From NCBI GenBank assembly GCA_016280395.1, contig JAEEGQ010000162.1, positions 1 to 28,756 on the forward strand: a stretch of DNA of 28,756 nucleotides. Direction: 5' to 3'. The position numbers and the translations under genes were made by a program. Origin of the DNA: Lachnospiraceae bacterium (GTDB lineage: Bacteria > Bacillota > Clostridia > Lachnospirales > Lachnospiraceae). Below, in pieces: positions 22,689 through 28,756 of the stretch. The notes under the pieces were generated by a model. It was not told where the DNA came from and made no database searches. It saw only the letters and a list, made by a program, of their open reading frames with translations. The stretch's first letter is position 1. Each line of letters begins with the position of its first letter.

Positions 22689-22943
22689 TGTATTTGGGCA
22701 TGTTCATTGGATTAGGGATGTTAAGTTATTTGATGCTTCTGATAAGTGTTTGTGGTTTATAAGCTTACAGTTATGCTGATATATGGAATGTGTGATGAAC
22801 CAAATGTGAGATGAAATTGATAAATATCCGCAAAAAGTTGCGAATATTTTATGAATTCATGCGAAAAATATTGAATTACTCAAGTGATATGCATAACATT
22901 ATTCTAAATGTATTTTGATTTATTCAATGTAAGGAAGAAAGTG

Positions 22944-23153
22944 ATGGGAATAAGTTACAAAAAAATATGGTTGTTACTAATTGAAAAAGATATTTCTCCA
23001 GCAACATTAAGAAAAGATTTAAATATCGCAACGGGGACAATGACTAAACTACGAAAGAATGAAGAGGTTGCATTGTCTGGATTACTTCGGATATGTAGCT
23101 ATCTGGAATGTAATATAGGTGATATTTGTGATGCTATACCTATAGCTGATTAA
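22944..23153 (+). CDS. Small Cro/C1-type (XRE) HTH DNA-binding protein.
   Basis: The sequence ...ISPATLRKDLNIATGTMTKLRKNEEV... is typical of HTH_26 proteins of about 70 aa. AAGGAAG lies upstream. The ATG at 22944 is preferred over the ORF-track start at 22908. Confidence 0.65.
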   Translation: MGISYKKIWLLLIEKDISPATLRKDLNIATGTMTKLRKNEEVALSGLLRICSYLECNIGDICDAIPIAD

Positions 23154-23193
23154 CTTTAATAGATACTTAATATGTATTTTCGGAGGTATTTTT

Positions 23194-24567
23194 ATGGGCT
23201 TATTTGGAAAAAAGAAAACAAGAGGGTTTATGGATGTCATAAGATGTGATGAGCCTTCATATCTTGTCTGGAAATGGCATCCCGTGGGTTGCCAAGAAGG
23301 AAAAAATAAACGAGAAAATGAAATAAGATGGGGTTCTTCTTTACGTGTAAAAGATGGTGAGGTTGCTGTTTTTGTTTATAAGCAGAAGGATGGAACTGTA
23401 CAGGATTTTATAGAAGGTCCTTTTGATGAAACAATAAAGACAAAAAATCTTCCAGTCCTAATAAATCTAATGGGGGCGTTATATGATGGAAGTTCTCCAT
23501 TTCAAGCTGAAATTTATTTTATTAATCTGGCAAAGATTATACAAGTTAAATTTGGTGTGCCTTATTTTGACGTGTATGATCCTAGATTCTCAGATTTTGG
23601 TGTCCCAGTAGCTGTTCGTGGAACAATAAGTTTTCAAATCAAGGATTATAGAGAGTTTATAAAATTACATAGATTAGGTACATTTAGATTAGAAGATTTC
23701 CAAAATCAAATAAGAGATGTAGTTGTTAGATATGTGAAGGATACTGTAACGAATATTCCAGCTGCAAATGATATCCCGCTAATTCAAATAGAAACAAAAA
23801 CTTCGTTAATAAATGATTCTGTTGAGTTAGATATAAAGGAACGATTACAAGAAGATTTTGGAGTAATAGTTTCAGGAGTTGATATTGGAGCAATAGAAAT
23901 TGATAAATCTAGCGAAGGATATATTAAATTATTATCAGTTACTAGAGATGTTGATAGTGCAATAATATCTGCTCAAAAGGAAGCTAACGTAAAGAACATC
24001 CATGATATGCAACGTATTAATGTTGAAAATTATGAGGAAAGTCTGAGAGTACAGCGTGAAGAAGGGCAATACTCAATGCATAAGGGAACACAGTCTCAGA
24101 ATTTTGCAGCTTATCAAGTTGAAGCTCAAACACAGGTAGGGGTTGCAGGTGCTGAAGCACTAGGTCATATGGGTGAAAATGGAGCTGGCAATATTAGCCT
24201 AGGTGATGGAGGGGGAACTGGATTGAATCCAGCGTCCATGATGGCAGCTATGGCTGTTGGAGGAGCTGTTGGACAAAACCTAGCAGGTACTATGAACAAT
24301 ATGTTAGGAAATGCTCCACAACCATCTAATGGTATTGCTCCGCCACCACTACCAAAAGAATCATTCTTTGTGGCCGTCGCTGGTAAACAGGAAGGACCTT
24401 TTACATTAGATGTACTTTTACAGATGAAAAACAGTGGGACATTTACTTCAGAACAACTAGTATGGCAAGCTGGTATGGAAAATTGGACAAAAGCATCTGA
24501 GGTACAAGCCTTGAAGAGTATGTTCGATATTGATAAAGGAATAACTCCACCACCTATTCCGCAATAA
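23194..24567 (+). CDS. SPFH/band-7 family protein with a low-complexity Gly/Ala linker and a C-terminal GYF-like (DUF4339-type) domain.
   Basis: The N-terminus MGLFGKKKTRGFMDVIRCDEPSYLVWKWHP resembles COG4260 / B. subtilis YdjI-like SPFH proteins (recalled from memory). The C-terminal FFVAVAGKQEGPFTLDVLLQMKNSGTFTSEQLVWQAGMENWTKASEV has the W..G..W GYF-like signature. GGAGG lies upstream. Confidence 0.75.
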   Translation: MGLFGKKKTRGFMDVIRCDEPSYLVWKWHPVGCQEGKNKRENEIRWGSSLRVKDGEVAVFVYKQKDGTVQDFIEGPFDETIKTKNLPVLINLMGALYDGSSPFQAEIYFINLAKIIQVKFGVPYFDVYDPRFSDFGVPVAVRGTISFQIKDYREFIKLHRLGTFRLEDFQNQIRDVVVRYVKDTVTNIPAANDIPLIQIETKTSLINDSVELDIKERLQEDFGVIVSGVDIGAIEIDKSSEGYIKLLSVTRDVDSAIISAQKEANVKNIHDMQRINVENYEESLRVQREEGQYSMHKGTQSQNFAAYQVEAQTQVGVAGAEALGHMGENGAGNISLGDGGGTGLNPASMMAAMAVGGAVGQNLAGTMNNMLGNAPQPSNGIAPPPLPKESFFVAVAGKQEGPFTLDVLLQMKNSGTFTSEQLVWQAGMENWTKASEVQALKSMFDIDKGITPPPIPQ

Positions 24568-24685
24568 ATCTATGATTTTATATTGATTCTAAAATATCTA
24601 AAAACAGAATATTAGAATCAAAAACAGTGAGAAAATTTATAAAAAATGCATATTTACCACTATTCGCAATGGTATAAATCATTAC

Positions 24686-24822
24686 TAAGAATCGTGTGGG
24701 TTGTAGAACAGTAGGTTTTGGTCGTGTTGCTACAATCATCGAGTAATAACGAGCGAACAGCCCAACCCAAATAGTAAAATCAAGGCTTCCGAGGAATTCC
24801 TCGAGAGCCTTTTTTTATCTTT
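24686..24822 (+). ncRNA. Candidate small RNA of about 130 nt with its own promoter and terminator.
   Basis: An extended -10 TGgTATAAA lies at 24670-24678. A 7-bp closing stem (tgggttg 24697-24703 paired with caaccca 24763-24769) encloses an internal 10-bp hairpin (24701-24735). A strong terminator follows at 24784-24816. No ORF is present. Confidence 0.3.
24784..24816 (+). terminator. Intrinsic terminator.
   Basis: An 11-bp stem (ggcttccgagg paired with cctcgagagcc, one mismatch) has loop AATT, followed by T7. Confidence 0.6.
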
Positions 24823-24872
24823 TATAATATAGTATTAGTGTAAAAAAATTCGTAATGATTCTAATTTAATTC

Positions 24873-24907
24873 TATTTATATAAATAATGACTTTTCACAT
24901 ATAGTGA
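24873..24907 (-). terminator. Perfect 15-bp stem hairpin, the probable terminator of the minus-strand two-gene operon.
   Basis: ataatgacttttcac pairs with gtgaaaagtcattat around loop atata. It lies 14 nt downstream of the 24921 stop on the minus strand. Confidence 0.55.
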
Positions 24908-24920
24908 AAAGTCATTATAA

Positions 24921-25121
24921 TTACCATTTCTTTATTTGTTTTATATCTTCTGCTCGTTGTGGATCGTGATGATATTGTAGTTTCAATTTTACTGTTTCAA
25001 CTATCTCGCTACGAGCTACATCATCTAATTGATAAAAGGATGTTAGTAAATTGTCTACATCTGGCATAGCATTTTTCCATAAAGCATCATAAGAGGTTGA
25101 ATAGAATACTGCAGATATCAT
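24921..25121 (-). CDS. Hypothetical small protein (66 aa), translationally coupled to the upstream HTH gene.
   Basis: An ATGA start/stop overlap lies at 25118-25121. Confidence 0.5.
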   Translation of the reverse strand: MISAVFYSTSYDALWKNAMPDVDNLLTSFYQLDDVARSEIVETVKLKLQYHHDPQRAEDIKQIKKW

Positions 25122-25345
25122 TTTACTCTTGAAGAATCTAACATATCTTTCTTATCATGGAATGTCATGTAAATTTCATCCTCTTTTAATTCACCAGAAA
25201 AAGGAATAGCTGAACATATCTCATTAACATCTATCTCTAATTCATTAGCAATTCGTAAGGCGTAGTCAAATCTTATATTTGTTTCTTTTTGAATAATTGA
25301 ATATAAAGTAGATGCGCTTATACCTGAGGCTTTTGCAACCGGCAT
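25118..25345 (-). CDS. XRE-type HTH regulator. Its N-terminal helix appears to be encoded in another frame (25321-25398), so the gene is possibly frameshifted.
   Basis: The sequence ...KASGISASTLYSIIQKETNIRFDYALRIANELEIDVNEI is an HTH helix 2-3 plus tail. The alternative frame from the ATG at 25398 gives MGDEKRLNEIIDAKGTNI (a helix-1-like peptide) and stops after 26 codons. Confidence 0.5.
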   Translation of the reverse strand: MPVAKASGISASTLYSIIQKETNIRFDYALRIANELEIDVNEICSAIPFSGELKEDEIYMTFHDKKDMLDSSRVK

Positions 25346-25436
25346 ATATTTGTGCCTTTAGCGTCTATTATTTCATTTAATCTTTTCTCATCACCCATAC
25401 ATACAATCTCACTTCTTGATTTATTGAATTAATCAT

Positions 25437-25560
25437 AACATATTTACGAAAAACATAAAGTGAAAAAATACAAAAAATAAAAATAATTTATGAAATTCGT
25501 AAAAATAGTACTTACAAAAATAATAGCAAATGATATATTGAATTTACGAAGTTCGTAAAT
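25437..25560. promoter_or_regulatory. Divergent promoter region with repeated TTTACGAA/TTCGTAAA half-sites, including a perfect 19-bp palindrome. These are candidate operators.
   Basis: ATTTACGAA is at 25443-25451. TTCGTAAAAA is at 25496-25505. The palindrome ATTTACGAAgTTCGTAAAT is at 25542-25560, 35 nt upstream of the 25595 start. Confidence 0.5.
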
Positions 25561-25594
25561 CTAGAAATTATGTACATAGTAAAAGGAGATAAAT

Positions 25595-25972
25595 ATGAAA
25601 TCACATTACATAAGAGATTCAATGATAGCCGATTTGATTCAGCAAGGATATGCAAGAAAAGCTGAATATGGAGTTGGATGGGACACAGTGGATATTAATG
25701 ATGTTGTATCTGTTGTTGCCCCTGGTGCAAAACCAGTTGTGGTTGGGGGTAAGATAATTTACTATAGTGCTGACGGAACTAAGGCAGTTGTCGCTGATGT
25801 TAGTGGATATTTGCGAGTACAAGATTTAACTAAAAAAACCAGAAAACGACAGTACTTAGACCAATTTGGTGACGACGCATATAATGTAGTTGAGAGCAAC
25901 GGAAAAAAACGAGGTAGAAGTAAGTCGGAGTTTCAGAAGGCGACTCATTATATGATTAAAAAGAGAATGTGA
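25595..25972 (+). CDS. Hypothetical basic protein (125 aa).
   Basis: The RBS AAAGGAG lies 7 nt upstream. The C-terminus is Lys/Arg-rich (KKRGRSKSEFQKATHYMIKKRM). I recognise no motif. Confidence 0.6.
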   Translation: MKSHYIRDSMIADLIQQGYARKAEYGVGWDTVDINDVVSVVAPGAKPVVVGGKIIYYSADGTKAVVADVSGYLRVQDLTKKTRKRQYLDQFGDDAYNVVESNGKKRGRSKSEFQKATHYMIKKRM

Positions 25973-25981
25973 GGTGAGTAA

Positions 25982-26341
25982 ATGTTTGTATATTATATGA
26001 ATGTTCCATTAAATAAAATAGGGATAGAAGAATTTGAAGGTTATGATGAAGAAATGTCAAATGTTAAGACATTTGAACTTACTCAAGAGGAGTATGATAT
26101 TTTAAGACAACCTAAAGGCTTATTTCAAGAGTTTGACGAAAGATTCGGAACAATAATTGATGTCTGCGAAGAAGAGCGAATCGTTAATGAAAATTTGAAG
26201 GAGGCATTACAGTCTGCTAATAAAATGTTAAATAAGCAAAAAAATGACATTGCAGAAAAAGCTATTAAAAAAGTTATAGACTCTTTGGAATGTGCTATCC
26301 AGGCGGGAACTTTTTGGGAAATAGATATTTATTTGGAGTAA
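25982..26341 (+). CDS. Hypothetical acidic protein (119 aa).
   Basis: The RBS is GAGGTGAG. The gene starts 10 nt after the preceding stop. The protein is very Glu/Asp-rich. Confidence 0.55.
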   Translation: MFVYYMNVPLNKIGIEEFEGYDEEMSNVKTFELTQEEYDILRQPKGLFQEFDERFGTIIDVCEEERIVNENLKEALQSANKMLNKQKNDIAEKAIKKVIDSLECAIQAGTFWEIDIYLE

Positions 26342-26345
26342 TGCC

Positions 26346-26708
26346 ATGAGTAAATATATTTATCAAAAATTTCTTCTTAACTGTAATTATGAAGACATAA
26401 ATATAAATGACTTCCCTGTTTTTGAGGGTGATGTTAAATGCATACTGGATTATCGCTGCGACTATTGCTTGTTTGATATAAATAAAACATTAATACGAAA
26501 AATAAGTATTGCAGATATCGACGAACAAGTGGATACAGAAGAGGATTGGAATCAATTATTAAAACGGTTAAAAGAATTTGATGTTATTGTTCTCTATGAT
26601 TACCTCGTCAATTCAGCTAATCCGATTATTCAAAGTTATCGTGAAGCAACTTTAAAAGCCTATTTGTATCGATTTCAAAAAAATGAAATAAAAATATGTC
26701 TTGCATAA
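26346..26708 (+). CDS. Hypothetical acidic Cys-containing protein (120 aa).
   Basis: The gene starts 5 nt after the preceding stop with GGAG upstream. It has five Cys, including CxxC (CDYC). Confidence 0.55.
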   Translation: MSKYIYQKFLLNCNYEDININDFPVFEGDVKCILDYRCDYCLFDINKTLIRKISIADIDEQVDTEEDWNQLLKRLKEFDVIVLYDYLVNSANPIIQSYREATLKAYLYRFQKNEIKICLA

Positions 26709-26719
26709 ACGATATAGTT

Positions 26720-26752
26720 ATAGTATCACGATGATACGCCTCGTGATACTAT
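26720..26752. repeat. Perfect 12-bp inverted repeat with TGATACG direct repeats.
   Basis: atagtatcacga (26720-26731) pairs with tcgtgatactat (26741-26752). TGATACG occurs at 26732-26738 and 26754-26760. Confidence 0.5.
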
Positions 26753-26787
26753 TATGATACGATTTCTTCGAAAAGCACAAAAAATAC

Positions 26788-26828
26788 AAGGCAATTCGCA
26801 GAGTTTCTGCGGGTTGCCTTTTTTATTG
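26788..26828 (+). terminator. Intrinsic terminator for the three-gene small-protein cassette.
   Basis: A composite stem (aaggcaa...cgcag / ctgcg...ttgcctt) is followed by TTTTTaTT. Confidence 0.6.
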
Positions 26829-26958
26829 TCGCGTTTGTTGTTGCAATATGGTTGAAAAAAGTACTGGTGGAGTACTGTTTGATGAAAATTCAAACCACAC
26901 ATTGCGTGTTCACACACTGAGTGATATAATAAAGAAAACGCAATGCGAGGAGGATGTT

Positions 26959-27201
26959 ATGGATACTGCAAAGGTGATAAGAGAACTACGTGAGAGTGTA
27001 AATATGAATCGAAAAGAGTTTTCGAAACATACGGGGATTCCGGTAAGGACGTTAGAAGACTGGGAAGCAGGCCGTCGTACCCCTCCGGAGTATATTCCGC
27101 GTTTGTTGGCATATCAGCTGAAATATGAGGAATTGATTGGGAAAGGTGTCAAATATGGAGGGGCAAGTGGCGAAAACGGAGCAGATTCAGATAATGGATA
27201 A
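26959..27201 (+). CDS. XRE-family HTH protein (80 aa).
   Basis: The sequence ...ELRESVNMNRKEFSKHTGIPVRTLEDWEAGRRTPPEY... is typical of the family. GAGGAGG lies 5 nt upstream of the ATG at 26959. The ORF-track start at 26848 is an extension. Confidence 0.7.
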   Translation: MDTAKVIRELRESVNMNRKEFSKHTGIPVRTLEDWEAGRRTPPEYIPRLLAYQLKYEELIGKGVKYGGASGENGADSDNG

Positions 27202-28099
27202 TATATCGTTGAAAGTGGAAACTATAGATATTAGGAGTCAAATTCATATCGTACGTGGGAAGCAGGTTATGTTGGATAGTGATCTTGCTATGTTATACAA
27301 GGTCGAAACAGGAGCTCTGAACCGTGCGGTTAAGCGTAATAAGAAACGATTTCCTGAAGACTTTTGTTTCCAACTGTCGGAGGAAGAGTTTTTGAGATGC
27401 CAAAATGGCATCTCAAAGGATAATGACCCAGATGGACGCGGCGGCAGACGATATATGCCGTATGCTTTTACGGAGCAGGGAATATCGATGCTTTCTGCTA
27501 TACTTCGAAGCGATGTAGCAATTAATGTCAGCATAGGTATTATGAGAGCATTTGTGGAAATGCGGAAATTCCTTGCAACAAACTCTCTGATACTGAATCG
27601 CGTCGAAGAATTGGAAGTTAAACAACTGGAATATCAGAAAAGTACCGATGAGAGATTTGATAGGGTGTTTCAGTATATCGAAGATCATGCCGAATCGGAG
27701 CAGAAGATCTTCTTTGACGGGCAGATCTATGATGCGTTTAGTTTGATTACAACTATTATACAGAAGGCCAAAAGTGATATTGTATTGATTGATGGATATG
27801 TGGATGTGAACACGCTGAACATTTTGGCGAAGAAGAATACCGGTGTTGATGTTACAATTTTTACATATGCCAGCGCACCGCTTACGAAAAAAGATGTGGA
27901 GATTTTTAATGCGCAGTATCCGACACTGACTGTTAAAAAGACACAGGTATTTCATGATAGATTTATTATACTGGATGGGAAGACGGTTTATCATATAGGG
28001 GCTTCTATTAAGGATGCCGGCAAGAAGTGTTTTGGTATTTCACTGATAAATGATTCGAGCATTGTGTTAGATATACTGAATAGATTGAAAACGATTTAA
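27194..28099 (+). CDS. ORF6N plus ORF6C domain protein (phage antirepressor-like / KilAC-type).
   Basis: The N-terminal IHIVRGKQVMLDSDLAMLYKVETGALNRAVKRNKKRFPEDFCFQLSEEEF matches the ORF6N signature as I recall it. The C-terminal half resembles ORF6C. An ATGGATAA start/stop overlap with the preceding HTH gene favours the 27194 start. Alternative starts are 27155 and 27137. Confidence 0.7.
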   Translation: MDNISLKVETIDIRSQIHIVRGKQVMLDSDLAMLYKVETGALNRAVKRNKKRFPEDFCFQLSEEEFLRCQNGISKDNDPDGRGGRRYMPYAFTEQGISMLSAILRSDVAINVSIGIMRAFVEMRKFLATNSLILNRVEELEVKQLEYQKSTDERFDRVFQYIEDHAESEQKIFFDGQIYDAFSLITTIIQKAKSDIVLIDGYVDVNTLNILAKKNTGVDVTIFTYASAPLTKKDVEIFNAQYPTLTVKKTQVFHDRFIILDGKTVYHIGASIKDAGKKCFGISLINDSSIVLDILNRLKTI

Positions 28100-28135
28100 A
28101 ATAAAGTGAAGAGATATGGTAAAGAGGTGCCACAG

Positions 28136-28400
28136 ATGGAAGATTTTTCAATAAATGAGATGCAGGAAATGCAAAGAGATTTACAGGAAAAGTATAAGGA
28201 AAAATGGGAACTCATTGGCCCCGAGACAGGAAAAAACAAACTTCTTTGGATGGTGGGAGAGATTGGAGAAGTTATATGTTGATAAATTCGAAAAAAACAT
28301 GAAAAGGTGGTAAATCATAGAGGGGGATAAAAATGTCAGAGGAGAAGGCAAAAACAAGAAGAAGACGTAGAACTATAAAAAAGAGAAGTGTAGTGGATAG
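28136..28400 (+). pseudogene. Possible decayed MazG-like NTP-pyrophosphohydrolase remnant.
   Basis: A 49-codon ORF MEDFSINEMQEMQRDLQEKYKEKWELIGPETGKNKLLWMVGEIGEVIC matches the first helix-loop of MazG/YpjD-like proteins (...LLW...EIGEV). Past two stops the same frame reads ...IRKKHEKVVNHRGG, which is YpjD-like (VNHR), and then breaks down. Confidence 0.3.
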
Positions 28401-28592
28401 TGCCGTTAGAAACGCTGTAAATTACCAAAAGATGATTCTCAGCTTAAACATATTTTCGTAAAGCAAGAGGTCATTTAGAGGATTCGCCAGAGAACAGACA
28501 AAAGATACTGGAATTGGCGAATGATTCTAAATGCTATGGCGGGAAAGATAGAAGAGGGCTTGACTGGTATTACAGGATTTTGGAGATGTAAA

Positions 28593-28756
28593 ATGAACGA
28601 ATTTGAGTTGTATATAATGATGTTTTTTTGGATAGATAATTATTATGCAGACTCTACCGATGACAGAATCAATAATTTGATAGGAGAAATGAATCCTTTT
28701 TTGTGGCAAGATATAGGTTCCGCTGATCCGGCGTATTATGATGAGTTTTGCCGATA
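28593..28756 (+). CDS. Hypothetical protein, 3'-partial because it runs off the window. An alternative in-frame start is 28521.
   Basis: The ORF is open to the window end. GGAG lies 8 nt before the ATG at 28593. The protein begins MNEFELYIMMFFWIDNYYADSTDDRINNLIGEM.... Confidence 0.3.
   Translation, partial: MNEFELYIMMFFWIDNYYADSTDDRINNLIGEMNPFLWQDIGSADPAYYDEFCR

Noticed and set aside
24697-24769. Possible tRNA gene of 73 nt with a 7-bp closing stem, considered as an island integration target.
   Set aside because: It has no T-loop GTTCRANYC and no D-arm consensus. The internal helices do not give a cloverleaf. It is treated as a candidate sRNA instead.
24795-24800. GAATTC in the terminator loop and other short restriction-site-like palindromes.
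   Set aside because: These are single hexamer occurrences with no significance.
28527-28709. 60-aa minus-strand ORF near the window end.
   Set aside because: It is antisense to a longer plus-strand ORF that runs off the window and has a GGAG RBS. It has no start-site signals of its own.

Overview
The window has two compositionally distinct parts. Nt 1-20511 (about 50% GC) carry a co-directional plus-strand block of ten nitrogen and glutamine metabolism genes, in this order: (1) the C-terminal end of asparagine synthetase, (2) a type III glutamine synthetase, (3) an ammonium transporter fused in one polypeptide to a P-II signal protein, (4) glutamate synthase large and (5) small subunits, (6) CTP synthase, (7-8) carbamoyl-phosphate synthetase small and large subunits, (9) adenylosuccinate synthetase, (10) GMP synthase. 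The gaps before glnN, the amt-PII fusion and gltB are tiny and each holds an intrinsic terminator hairpin. Each terminator has at its 5' shoulder a short hairpin or hexamer with the sequence AA(A/C)GGCG. In these three leaders the hexaloop is AAAGGC or AACGGC, i.e. A at position 1 and G at position 4. One further copy lies in the 39-nt gap before pyrG, which has no terminator. I read this as a recurrent RNA attenuation or antitermination element, and it is the most interesting signal I can support in the window. Downstream of guaA the sequence becomes clearly AT-rich (about 20.5 kb to the window end) and looks like an accessory island. It holds several small HTH regulators, a zinc-ribbon membrane protein plus an SPFH/band-7 protein with a GYF-like tail, a candidate about 130-nt small RNA with its own promoter and terminator, and a divergent regulatory region with TTTACGAA/TTCGTAAA palindromes. 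It also holds a cassette of one basic and two acidic small proteins, an HTH plus ORF6N/ORF6C (phage antirepressor-like) gene pair, and a decayed MazG-like remnant. No rRNA, canonical tRNA, CRISPR array, transposase or integrase is visible. All product calls are from motif recognition by eye. No database search was possible.
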